Under the pieces are notes generated by a model. The model was not told the origin of the DNA. It saw only the letters and a program-made list of their open reading frames with translations, and made no database searches. This document shows, piece after piece, positions 48,700-58,031 of a stretch of 64,000 nucleotides of DNA; positions within the stretch are counted from its first letter, which is position 1, and the number at the start of each line of letters is the position of its first letter. Source of the stretch: Acidimicrobiia bacterium. GTDB lineage: Bacteria > Actinomycetota > Acidimicrobiia > Spongiisociales > UBA5794. The position numbers and the translations under genes were made by a program. The stretch is from positions 3,323-67,322 of the forward strand of contig JAUIIM010000001.1 in assembly GCA_030431785.1 (NCBI GenBank), written 5' to 3'.

Positions 48700-48838
48700 T
48701 GTCCTCTCGTCCGATGTCCCTCCTTCCCTTTGTCCCTTCTTCCCTTGATCCCTTCGTCTCTTCGTCCCTTTGTCCCTTCTTCCCTTGATCCCTTTGTCCC
48801 TTTGTCCCTTCTTCCCTTCCTCCCTTCCTCCCCTCGTC
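48700..48838. repeat. octamer tandem array TCCCTTNN, about 17-18 copies (reverse complement GAAGGGA family)
   Basis: tcccttctTCCCTTgatcccttcgtctcttcgtccctttgtcccttct... read directly; ends about 65 bp before the ppc start. Confidence 0.9.
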
Positions 48839-48904
48839 CTCAGTACTGCACGTGTCGCGTACCGAACTACCGTGGTTCGCATGGATGGTGTGGGTACCAG
48901 AGAG

Positions 48905-51595
48905 ATGGATGTGCGCGATCAGGCGTTGCGCGGAGACATCCGGCGTCTGGGGAATCAACTCGGTGATGCACTCGTGCGTCAGGAAGGGCGCGATCTCCTG
49001 GACCTGGTCGAGCAGGTCAGATCCGAGACACGCAAAGCGCGTAGGGGACGTACGACCGATGTCGATCCACTGGGTGAGGTTCTCGAAGGCCTCGACCTCT
49101 CGACACTTGAGCGACTGGTGCGGGCGTTCACGACGTACTTCTACCTCGCCAACGTTGCCGAGCAGATGCACCGTCTCGACGAACTCTCGGCGCGCATGCC
49201 GCGCAACCAGGGCTGGCTGGAGCGGTCGATCGACCGGATCGATGCTGCTGGCATTCCGATGGATGACGTTGCGGCGATGGCCGAACGCCTCGATGTGCGG
49301 CCGGTCTTCACCGCCCACCCGACCGAGGCGTCACGCCGCTCGATCCTGACGAAGTTGAACTCGATTGCCGACCATCTCCAGCAGCGTCTCGATCCGCGGA
49401 CGTCTGCCTCCCAACGCCGCACGATCGACCGACGCATCGCCGAGCTGATCGACCTCATCTGGCAGACGGATGAACTGCGGCGTGGACGTCCCGATCCGAC
49501 CGATGAAGCGACCTCGGTCATGTACTACTTCGACGAGTTGTTCCTGAGCGCGGTGCCGGATGTCCTCGACACGTATGCGTTCGAGATGAGCCGGATCGGC
49601 ATCGACATCCCACCGGATTCGAGTCCGCTGACGTTCGGCACGTGGGTGGGTGGCGACAGGGACGGGAACCCGTTCGTGACCGCCGATGTCACCCGTTCGA
49701 TCGTTGCGATCCAGTTCGACCATGCCCTGCGCAACTGCATCGAGAGCGTGCAACGCCTTGCGCGCGATCTGTCGACTTCTTCGCGGATCCGCGGAACGAG
49801 TGAGGAGCTCCGTACGAGTCTCGAGTTCGATCGGAGTGTGCTTCCCGACGTGTGGGACCGATACGGCGAACTCGATGCCGAGGAGCCGTATCGACTCAAG
49901 CTCGCGTACGTCCACCAGCGACTGGTGAACACCCGCAGGCGTCTGGCCGATGACGCGGAGCATGTGCCCGGCGTCGGCTACGCGTCCACGGCCGAGCTCA
50001 TGGAAGACCTCCTCGTGATCCATCGGTCTCTGGATGCACACGATGGCCACCTCGTTGCCACGGGGATGGTCGCCAGGCTCTGCCGAACCCTTGCTGCGTT
50101 CGGATTGCATCTTGCGACGATGGACATCCGTCAGCACGCGCTGAAGCATCGCGACGCCATCGTCGATCTCATGGGGTCGTTCGACCGAGACGAGCTGCTT
50201 GCGTCGCTGCGTGACGGGCTGGCGACACAAAGTCAAGACGTCGACGGCAGCACCTCCGAGGTTCTCCACGTGTTCGACGTGATCGCCGAGATGAAGGACA
50301 GCTACGGCGAGGACCTCGTGGAGAGCTTCATCATCTCCATGACGCGGGATGCCGACGACGTTCTGGCTACTGCCGTGTTGGCGACGCCTTCCGGGTTGAT
50401 CGATATCGGGAACGATGTGGCCCGGATCGGTTTCGTCCCGCTTCTCGAGACGATCGATGAGCTCCGCGCAGCCGGTGACATTCTCGAAGACCTGCTGTCC
50501 CAGGAGCCCTACCGCAAGATCGTCTCGCTTCGTGGTGACGTCCAAGAAGTCATGCTCGGCTACTCCGACTCGAACAAGCATGGTGGGATCACCACCTCGC
50601 AGTGGGAGATCTACAAGGCGCAGAGCCGACTTCGCGACGTCGCTGCCGATCACGGTGTGACACTGCGACTCTTCCACGGCAGGGGAGGAACCATCGGACG
50701 TGGTGGCGGCCCCACGTACGACTCGATTCTCGCGCAGCCGTGGGGCACGGTCGACGGTGCGATCAAGGTGACAGAGCAAGGTGAGGTCATCTCAGACAAG
50801 TACGCGATGCCCGAGCTGGCGAAGTCGACGCTTGAACTCACGTTGTCGGCCGCGCTCGATGCGTCACTGCTCCATACAACGCCTCGCCGATCGGATGACG
50901 ACCTGAAGCGTTGGTTCGATTCGATGGATGCCATCTCGAATGCAGCGTTTGGCAGCTACCGAGGTCTTGTCGAGACGGACGGCTTCTTCGAGTATTTCCT
51001 GCTGTCGACGCCTGTCGAAGAGCTTGGGTCCCTTCACCTCGGGTCCCGCCCGTCACGGCGGCCCGGAGGCACAGGATCGCTCGACGACTTCCGCGCGATC
51101 CCATGGGTGTTCGGCTGGACCCAGAGTCGGCAGATCATCCCCGGCTGGTTTGGCGTCGGTTCCGGCCTCGTCGCAGCGCGTGAGGCCGGGCACGGTCCCG
51201 TGATCGCGGACATGTTCAACCGTTGGCCGTTCTTCCGGACCTTCGTGTCGAACGTCGAGATGACCCTCTCGAAGACGGATCTGTCGATCGCCGAACGCTA
51301 TGTGCGTGATCTCGCCGGTGAAGAGCACCTCCCGGTATTCCACCGGATCCGCGACGAGTACGAGCGTACGGTCGAGGAGATCCTCGCCATCACTGGTGGC
51401 ACGGCCCTCCTCGAGTCCAACCCGGTGCTACAGAGGACTCTCCGAGTTCGTGATGCGTACCTTCATCCGTTGCACCGGTTGCAGGTGACCTTGCTCGGGG
51501 TCCATCGCGATGACTCGCCGGACGACGAGGAGCTACGACGAGCCCTGCTGCTCACCGTCAACGGCATCGCCGCCGGACTGCGGAACACCGGTTAG
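48905..51595 (+). CDS. ppc: phosphoenolpyruvate carboxylase
   Basis: Start MDVRDQALRGDIRRLG (alternative ATG at 48881; the track start 48770 reads through the repeat array). PEPC motifs VFTAHPTE and FHGRGGTIGRGGGP. Confidence 0.9.
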   Translation: MDVRDQALRGDIRRLGNQLGDALVRQEGRDLLDLVEQVRSETRKARRGRTTDVDPLGEVLEGLDLSTLERLVRAFTTYFYLANVAEQMHRLDELSARMPRNQGWLERSIDRIDAAGIPMDDVAAMAERLDVRPVFTAHPTEASRRSILTKLNSIADHLQQRLDPRTSASQRRTIDRRIAELIDLIWQTDELRRGRPDPTDEATSVMYYFDELFLSAVPDVLDTYAFEMSRIGIDIPPDSSPLTFGTWVGGDRDGNPFVTADVTRSIVAIQFDHALRNCIESVQRLARDLSTSSRIRGTSEELRTSLEFDRSVLPDVWDRYGELDAEEPYRLKLAYVHQRLVNTRRRLADDAEHVPGVGYASTAELMEDLLVIHRSLDAHDGHLVATGMVARLCRTLAAFGLHLATMDIRQHALKHRDAIVDLMGSFDRDELLASLRDGLATQSQDVDGSTSEVLHVFDVIAEMKDSYGEDLVESFIISMTRDADDVLATAVLATPSGLIDIGNDVARIGFVPLLETIDELRAAGDILEDLLSQEPYRKIVSLRGDVQEVMLGYSDSNKHGGITTSQWEIYKAQSRLRDVAADHGVTLRLFHGRGGTIGRGGGPTYDSILAQPWGTVDGAIKVTEQGEVISDKYAMPELAKSTLELTLSAALDASLLHTTPRRSDDDLKRWFDSMDAISNAAFGSYRGLVETDGFFEYFLLSTPVEELGSLHLGSRPSRRPGGTGSLDDFRAIPWVFGWTQSRQIIPGWFGVGSGLVAAREAGHGPVIADMFNRWPFFRTFVSNVEMTLSKTDLSIAERYVRDLAGEEHLPVFHRIRDEYERTVEEILAITGGTALLESNPVLQRTLRVRDAYLHPLHRLQVTLLGVHRDDSPDDEELRRALLLTVNGIAAGLRNTG

Positions 51596-51613
51596 TCGGG
51601 AAGGCGACGCTGG

Positions 51614-53356
51614 TCACGAGCAACCGTCGTTCCAGTCCGAATCGAACGAATCGAGCCATGCCGCCGTCGGTGCGCTCGCCGTCAAGCAGCCACTCTGGCC
51701 GTTGAGGGTCAGGATCGTGACGTTCGTCAGGGTTGCGAGTCCGTCGGGCACTGCACCTGTCAGGTCGTTGTCGTGGAACATGAACTGGTTGAGGTCGGTG
51801 AGATTTGCAACGGATGCGGGGATCGATCCGGAAAAGTCGTTGCCGAATCCGATGAGGTAGGCCATTTTGTGACCAGCGGGCCACTCGGGGATCGAACCAT
51901 CGAGTTGGTTGTTGGCGACGTTGAGAACTCGCATCTGGGTATTCGTCACGAAGCTCGCGGGGATCGATCCGGTGAGTTGATTCGAGTTCAGGTACACGTT
52001 GCGAAGCGTTGCGATGTCCCCGAGGTCTGAGGGAATGGTTCCGGTGAGCTGGTTGTCGCTGAGGGTCAGGCTGACGAGCATGGGGATGTCCGCCAGCTCC
52101 GTAGGGATCGTCCCCTCGAGCTGGTTCGAGTGGAGCTGTAGGAACTGGACCTGCGGGAGTTCCCCCAATTCCGTCGGGATCGTGCCGGTCAGCTGGTTGT
52201 TGCTGAGGTTCAGATAGATCACCTGATCCAAGTCCCTGAGTTCAGGAGGGATAGGACCAGAAAGGTCGTTGCTGTTCAGATACAGCCACCCGACGTTGGT
52301 CAGGTTCCCCAGCTCTGCAGGAATCGAACCGACGAGCTCGTTGTAGTCGAGCCAGAGGCGCTGGAGTCCCGTCAGGGTTGCGACATCGCCAGGAATCTGG
52401 CCCGCAATCTCGTTTTCGCTGAGGTCGAGCGTTCGCAACCCGATGCCGAGATCTCCGATGTCCGTGGGGAGTGTTCCGGTCAGGTTGTTGTCCATCAACT
52501 CAACCTCGTCGAGATGCTCAAAGTTGCAGGTGATACCGAACCAGGTGCATGGATCCGTCGTGGCGATCCAACCTGTGGAGTCGATCCATTCGGTCCCGTT
52601 CGTGGCATGGAACAGGTTCACCAGAGCGGCGCACTCCGTCTTGTCGAGGGTGGTCTGATGTCCGCACGCGTATGAGAGCGGTTGGCGATTCGAACCCGCC
52701 TCACCGACCGCCGGTTCACCGGCGAACCGCCACAAGAAGGTGGCGAACTGTGCCCTGGTCACGACATCATCCGGTGAAAAAGTCGACGGCGACGTCCCCT
52801 GGGTGATGCCTTCGTCGACCATCCAGGTGATCGGATCCGAGAACCACTGTCCATCCGGGACGTCGGAGAATCCCGATGATCCGGTCACTTCGGGTTCGCC
52901 GGCATAGCGATAGAAGAAGGTGGCGGCCTGTGCGCGGGTGAGATCTTGATCAGGCCCGTAGAGGTCTTCCGAAACACCGGCGGTGATTGCATGCAGGAGG
53001 AGCCATCCCACTGCATCGGAGAAGTAGTCCGCTTCCTCGACATCGTCGAACGATTGGTCGGCGCCGGGCAGTTCACCGCCGAAACGATGCAGGAAGGCGG
53101 CGAGATGGGCACGGGTGACCGGGTCGTGGGGTGAGAACGTCGTAGCCGACGTCCCTGACGTGATGCCCTGGTCGACCATCCAGTCCACCGGCGTCTCGTA
53201 GTACGAGCCGGGTTCCACGTCGTCGAACGCGAAGGCGACCGTTGCAGCGGCCAAGACACAGCCAAGCACCACTGCTATCACGATTCCCGACCTCTTGTTC
53301 CCAACCGTCTGCCGCACTTCCAATCCTTTCCATGGCTCAGGAGCACTATAGGACAT
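51614..53356 (-). CDS. cell-surface protein: signal anchor + three SLH domains + plant-type leucine-rich repeats
   Basis: Three repeats of FxDV..YY...VxWMVDxGITxGxS.xTFSP...VTRAQ.A.FLxRFAG (SLH), then about 12 LRRs of type LxxLxLxxNxLTGxIPxxLGxL, ending in a Cys-containing C-terminus. Confidence 0.8.
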   Translation of the reverse strand: MSYSAPEPWKGLEVRQTVGNKRSGIVIAVVLGCVLAAATVAFAFDDVEPGSYYETPVDWMVDQGITSGTSATTFSPHDPVTRAHLAAFLHRFGGELPGADQSFDDVEEADYFSDAVGWLLLHAITAGVSEDLYGPDQDLTRAQAATFFYRYAGEPEVTGSSGFSDVPDGQWFSDPITWMVDEGITQGTSPSTFSPDDVVTRAQFATFLWRFAGEPAVGEAGSNRQPLSYACGHQTTLDKTECAALVNLFHATNGTEWIDSTGWIATTDPCTWFGITCNFEHLDEVELMDNNLTGTLPTDIGDLGIGLRTLDLSENEIAGQIPGDVATLTGLQRLWLDYNELVGSIPAELGNLTNVGWLYLNSNDLSGPIPPELRDLDQVIYLNLSNNQLTGTIPTELGELPQVQFLQLHSNQLEGTIPTELADIPMLVSLTLSDNQLTGTIPSDLGDIATLRNVYLNSNQLTGSIPASFVTNTQMRVLNVANNQLDGSIPEWPAGHKMAYLIGFGNDFSGSIPASVANLTDLNQFMFHDNDLTGAVPDGLATLTNVTILTLNGQSGCLTASAPTAAWLDSFDSDWNDGCS

Positions 53357-53380
53357 GGGATTTGAGGGTTTCGGAGGCGT

Positions 53381-54067
53381 TCAGCGGCTCCGGAGGTCGA
53401 ACGGGATGTGGTCCTGATCGTTGAACGAGCGAAGACTCATCACATGATTCCCCGCAAGGGGCAGAACCTTCACACGGGCGATCGAGGCATGGAACAGCAC
53501 GAACTTCTCCCACTCCCATGGGGAGGGCGGGATGCCGAGCAGGTGGGTGAGACACACCGAGTTCGTCCCACCGTGGGCGACGATGACGATGCGACCATCG
53601 TCGTTGTCGCAGTGCCAGAGCGACGGGTCATCGGGATCCGGATAGATGCCTCGTTCGGCGAGGAGCGCATCGAGCGCAGTGGTCACCCGGTTGTGGAAAT
53701 CGCGGAACGACTCACCACCGTCCAACCCGTCCCACCATTCCTCCGGAGTCCGGTGACGGGTGGTCTTGAAGATGTCGATGACCTTCTCTTCGCTGACCCC
53801 GGTCCAGTCCGGCATCATCACCTCGACGAGGTCGTCGATCGTGTCGGGCTCAAGACCCGTGAGATTCGAGATCGGCTCCGCAGTTTGTTGCGATCGGAGT
53901 GCCGGTGAGACGATCAGCTCGGTCGCTGACCGCTTCGGGTCTTCGGCGATCCGCTTTGCGGCGAGATCTGCTTGCTTGTGCCCGAGGTCGGTGAGGAAGG
54001 GGTCGACCTGGGACAATCCGTCTACAGCCCATTGTGGCTGTCCATGTCTGATAAATACGATGTCCAT
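53381..54067 (-). CDS. histidine phosphatase (phosphoglycerate mutase-like) family protein
   Basis: IVFIRHGQ catalytic RHG motif; HGGT second His. Confidence 0.8.
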   Translation of the reverse strand: MDIVFIRHGQPQWAVDGLSQVDPFLTDLGHKQADLAAKRIAEDPKRSATELIVSPALRSQQTAEPISNLTGLEPDTIDDLVEVMMPDWTGVSEEKVIDIFKTTRHRTPEEWWDGLDGGESFRDFHNRVTTALDALLAERGIYPDPDDPSLWHCDNDDGRIVIVAHGGTNSVCLTHLLGIPPSPWEWEKFVLFHASIARVKVLPLAGNHVMSLRSFNDQDHIPFDLRSR

Positions 54068-54076
54068 CGGAGAAGA

Positions 54077-54094
54077 GTACTCAGTACTGAGTAC
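54077..54094. promoter_or_regulatory. 18-bp perfect palindrome GTACTCAGTACTGAGTAC (AGTAC-motif family) in a divergent promoter region
   Basis: Flanked by further GAGTAC/AGTACACAG copies (54070-54150). The same motif family occurs at 27407-27520. Confidence 0.5.
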
Positions 54095-54267
54095 TCAGTA
54101 CACAGTTGGGTGACGGACCCGATCGCAGCGTCTGTGTACTTTGTACTCGGCCCGAAGGGCCGGAAAATGAACTCGGGGCCGCCTTGCGGCGGCCCCGGTT
54201 CGGGCTTAGACGGGAGGTTAGGAAGGCATCCTGTCTGGCTACTGTATCGACCGGAACGAGAACGGAC

Positions 54268-54840
54268 TTGAGTACTTTCTTGAAGAATTTTTCTGACCCG
54301 AAATCGGCCCTGATCGAGCATCTGAAGGCACATGCCGTCAGAACAGACGGTCCTTTCGTCCTCCGTTCGGGCGAAACGTCGGATTGGTACATCGATGCAC
54401 GGCAGACGACGTTCTCCGGAGAAGGGGCGTTGCGAGTCGGTGCCGCAGTCCTCCAACACGTTCCCGATGACGTCGTCGCGGTTGGAGGGATGACCATGGG
54501 GGCAGATCCCATCGCCGTCTCGACAGCGATCGTGGCCGCAAGTTCCGGACGAGACCTCGCATCGTTCAGCATCCGCAAAGAAGCCAAGGACCACGGAACC
54601 GGTGGACGGCTGGTCGGACCGGTATCTGCGGGGGACCTGGTAGTCGTGGTCGAAGACACGACCACCACGGGTTCGGCCGTCGCTGAGGCGACCACTGTGC
54701 TCCTCGATGCCGGCGTTCATGTGGTGCTCGGTGTGGCACTCGTCGACCGCTCCGGTGGCAAGGCGACAGACCGCATGGCGGAACTCGGCGTCCCGTATAC
54801 CGCGCTCATCACACCGGACGAGTTGGGGGTGAGGGACTGA
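54268..54840 (+). CDS. pyrE: orotate phosphoribosyltransferase
   Basis: FVLRSGETSDWYID and VVVVEDTTTTGSA PRPP-binding motifs. TTG start at 54268 or 54279 is inferred; there is no ATG upstream. Confidence 0.8.
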   Translation: MSTFLKNFSDPKSALIEHLKAHAVRTDGPFVLRSGETSDWYIDARQTTFSGEGALRVGAAVLQHVPDDVVAVGGMTMGADPIAVSTAIVAASSGRDLASFSIRKEAKDHGTGGRLVGPVSAGDLVVVVEDTTTTGSAVAEATTVLLDAGVHVVLGVALVDRSGGKATDRMAELGVPYTALITPDELGVRD

Positions 54841-55469
54841 TGCACGCTTTCCGTTCCCCGCTGCGTCTCTTCGTCGTCGGATGTCTCGGGATCGTGTTGC
54901 TCATCGCTGCGCTGGACATCATGTTCTTCCATTGGCTCTCGACACCCCCGGACGGCTATCCGGGAGCACTGTCGACGCGAGGGCAGGCACAGCAGCGCGG
55001 TGACATCATTTGGGGAGCGACCTTTATCGGGATCGGGGTATTGCTGTTCGGGTGGGCCGTTGCCGAGCTGTTCCGCCGCAAACCGGTCGTCGACGTGAGA
55101 GACGATGGTCTTTTCGTCCAGATCGGGGCCAACCATCCGGATGTCCTCATCCCCTGGTCCGATATCTCCGACGTCCGATCGACCGTGCAGAAGGACCCGT
55201 TCGATGGGACCGAGCGTGAGCAGTTGATCGTGTCGATCACCGATGCAAAGGAGATCCCGGATGCCATCGCCGGTGCGCGGTGGGAAGGACACGACCTCTA
55301 CATCGACGCACACGATTGGACGCGACGCGTGACCGAGATCGCACTCTCCGCACGCGGAGCGAGGGAGGCAGCCCATCGTGCCGAGGAACCCCCCACCCCG
55401 ACGTCGCCGACCATGATGTGGGAGACGAGTGTCGAGATTCCCTACTCGGAACGGACGGACGACGCATGA
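54840..55469 (+). CDS. hypothetical membrane protein (two N-terminal TM, PH-like C-terminal domain)
   Basis: TGATG overlap with pyrE; hydrophobic N-terminus. Confidence 0.6.
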   Translation: MHAFRSPLRLFVVGCLGIVLLIAALDIMFFHWLSTPPDGYPGALSTRGQAQQRGDIIWGATFIGIGVLLFGWAVAELFRRKPVVDVRDDGLFVQIGANHPDVLIPWSDISDVRSTVQKDPFDGTEREQLIVSITDAKEIPDAIAGARWEGHDLYIDAHDWTRRVTEIALSARGAREAAHRAEEPPTPTSPTMMWETSVEIPYSERTDDA

Positions 55470-56224
55470 AGATCGGTGCCCATGTGAGCCCGAAGAAGCC
55501 ACTCATCGCCGCCGCCGAACGCGATGCCGAGGCGGTCCAGATCTTCCTTGCAAACCCGCAATCTTGGAAGGCGCCGCTTCCGCGCGACGATGCCGACGAG
55601 TTGAGGGCCTCGGACATCGACATCTACGTCCATTCGCCGTATCTGATGAACCTTGCCTCGCCGAACAATCGGGTCCGGATCCCGTCGCGCAAGACGTTGG
55701 CCCAGACCGTCGCTGCCGCACATGAGATCGGTGCACTCGGCGTCATCGTCCATGGAGGGAGCGTGGGCGAGGACGAGGATGTCAGCGTGGGCTTCGAGCG
55801 TTGGCGCAAGGCGCTCGACTCATTCGACGTCTCGGTACCGATCCTCGTCGAGAACACCGCAGGCAGGGGCAATTCGGTGATGCAGGATCTCACCAACTAC
55901 GGCCCGCTCTGGGAGGAGATCGGCGACTACAACGTCGGGGTCTGCCTCGACACCTGTCACACGTGGGCTGCCGGACAGGACATGACCACGGCCGTGTCCC
56001 TGATCGCCAGCCTCACCGATGGTGTAACGCTGGTACACGCCAACGACTCCAGGGATGAAGCAGGGTCGAATCGTGATCGGCATGCGAACTTCGGCAAGGG
56101 CATGATTCCCGAAGATCTCGTGCCGGCGATCATCCGGGAGGCAGGGGTGACGGCGATCGTGGAGACGCCGGACGACGACGGTAGTCAGGCAGACGACATC
56201 GCTTGGCTGCGAGCGCGCGTCTGA
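55466..56224 (+). CDS. nfo: deoxyribonuclease IV (endonuclease IV, AP endonuclease family 2)
   Basis: MKIGAHVS start (ATG 55466, ATGA overlap); VHSPYLMNLAS and CLDTCH motifs. Confidence 0.85.
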   Translation: MKIGAHVSPKKPLIAAAERDAEAVQIFLANPQSWKAPLPRDDADELRASDIDIYVHSPYLMNLASPNNRVRIPSRKTLAQTVAAAHEIGALGVIVHGGSVGEDEDVSVGFERWRKALDSFDVSVPILVENTAGRGNSVMQDLTNYGPLWEEIGDYNVGVCLDTCHTWAAGQDMTTAVSLIASLTDGVTLVHANDSRDEAGSNRDRHANFGKGMIPEDLVPAIIREAGVTAIVETPDDDGSQADDIAWLRARV

Positions 56225-56262
56225 CGGGAGCGGCCCCGAGGCTGATCCTGCGACCTGTCACA

Positions 56263-57768
56263 TCAGCCGTCCACGGTGATGCCTTCGGGTCCGATGCTCC
56301 AGCGCGTGGTGGTTGCAGCCTCGGCCAGCGCTTCGTCATGCGTGATCAGGACCACAGCTCCCGGGTAGTCCACCAACGCAGTCTGGACACGCTCGATCGA
56401 CGGAAGATCGAGATGGTTCGTCGGTTCATCGAGAACGAGGAGCCACCGCCGTGTCCCGAGCCCAAGAGCGAGAGTGAGCTTGCGGATCTCGCCCGGTGAC
56501 GGGTCGTCCGAAGCCAGCAGCGACGCCGGATCCGAACCGAGTGCGGCGACGATCGCCAGCACCGAACCGCGTTCGGTAGGATCGAGTGTGCGCACCGCGT
56601 CGAGCGTGGCTCTGGCTTCGTTTCCCGTCGTCTCCTGCGGGAGCACGAGGACCCGGTCGTGGGGGATCGTCAGATGTCCGAGCAGGGTCGTGACGAGCGT
56701 GCTCTTGCCAGCGCCGTTCAGACCCGCGACGTGGATCCTGTCGCTTCGGCGAATGACACAGTCGACGTCGAAGAGCGTGTGTGTCCCAGCGTCGACCGGC
56801 CCGCGATAGCGAGCAAGGATCTCCTTCCGCGCCGGTTCGAAGGGAAAGTCGATGCTTCCACCCTTGTCCTTCGGCACGGCAGACTGGTTGAGTTGATCCT
56901 GGACGGCAGCGGCGCGGCGGTTCATCTTCGCAACGGTTTGCGCACCGGTCTTCTGTCCACGTTCGTGTTTGTACGTGGCTGCCGAGCCGCGCGTATCCAG
57001 ATCGTGCTTCCCTGCTGCTCTTCGTTCCTTCACACGCCGAGCATCCTTCTCAGCGGTTGCCTGGTGGCGATCAGCCAACCGACGCTGCAGCTTGCGCTGT
57101 TCTGCCCGCAGCCGCTCGTTGCTTGCGGCGGTCTCTGCTGCCTCGGACTCCCACCCTGCCTTCGCCGCGGTGTATGCGCCGTTCCAGAGTTCGACGCTGC
57201 CACGGTGCACGCGGATCGTACGAGTCGTCAGCTCTTCGAGGAGCTGACGATCGTGGGAGACAACGACGCCGCACCCGTCGAACCGCCTGAGCGCATCCAC
57301 GAGCAGTCTTCGGCCGGACGCGTCGAGGTGGTTGGTGGGTTCGTCGAGGAGGAGGACATCGGGCTCGCCGGCGAGTGCGGCGCCGATCTGCCATCGTTTG
57401 CGCTCGCCCGGCGACAGAGATGCCCACCGCGACAGGTCGATCGGGTCGATGTGCAACTGGACGCGGAGCCGGTGGTCGAGAACATCCCAAGATGCACTGA
57501 ACTGTTCGATGGATTGCGTGAGGTCATCGACGCGCTGGTCACATGTCACGACGACCGCATGGCTCGGATCGATGGTCACCAAACCTTCCGACGGGCGCAG
57601 TTCGCCCGCGAGGAGGGACAGGAACGTCGACTTTCCTGCGCCGTTCGTTCCCACGAGGCCGGTCCAACCGGTCGGGATGGTGAACGAGGCGTCGTCAATA
57701 ACGGTGACCGACGTCGAATAGGAGAACGAGAGATGGGATACGAGTATCGATGACATGAACAACTCCAA
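56263..57768 (-). CDS. ABC-F family ATPase (tandem ABC domains, no TM)
   Basis: Two Walker A motifs (GTNGAGKST; GLNGAGKST) and two signature/Walker B sets with an inter-domain linker. Confidence 0.85.
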   Translation of the reverse strand: MELFMSSILVSHLSFSYSTSVTVIDDASFTIPTGWTGLVGTNGAGKSTFLSLLAGELRPSEGLVTIDPSHAVVVTCDQRVDDLTQSIEQFSASWDVLDHRLRVQLHIDPIDLSRWASLSPGERKRWQIGAALAGEPDVLLLDEPTNHLDASGRRLLVDALRRFDGCGVVVSHDRQLLEELTTRTIRVHRGSVELWNGAYTAAKAGWESEAAETAASNERLRAEQRKLQRRLADRHQATAEKDARRVKERRAAGKHDLDTRGSAATYKHERGQKTGAQTVAKMNRRAAAVQDQLNQSAVPKDKGGSIDFPFEPARKEILARYRGPVDAGTHTLFDVDCVIRRSDRIHVAGLNGAGKSTLVTTLLGHLTIPHDRVLVLPQETTGNEARATLDAVRTLDPTERGSVLAIVAALGSDPASLLASDDPSPGEIRKLTLALGLGTRRWLLVLDEPTNHLDLPSIERVQTALVDYPGAVVLITHDEALAEAATTTRWSIGPEGITVDG

Positions 57769-58031
57769 GAAGTGTGGATACGCCCTGATCGGCGCAGAGA
57801 AAGCGGGTTCTCAGTTGTTGTCTGTCATCCGTCCCTTTGGTCGACGTCCGCGATCCTACCGCTTGCCGGGGCATGCCGCGCCCCACCCGCGCTCATCGAC
57901 AGGTCGAAACAGGTCAAACAACCTACGAGATACGCCGATACGGGGGTGGGGTATTCCTAGAATCCGGCCAGCGCACGTCGGCAGAGCCCGCATCGACGTG
58001 CCATCGATTGGCACTCTTTGAGGTGGAGAAC

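Noticed and set aside
48730-48966. ORFs 48730..48966 and 48496..48882 translating the octamer array into repetitive peptides
   Set aside because: An 8-nt period cannot be a conserved coding repeat; no start context; the array is treated as non-coding.
54174-54196. PyrR-binding attenuator in the pyrE leader
   Set aside because: Hairpins are present, but the sequence AGACGGGAGGUU only loosely resembles the PyrR loop consensus; kept as a weak note only.
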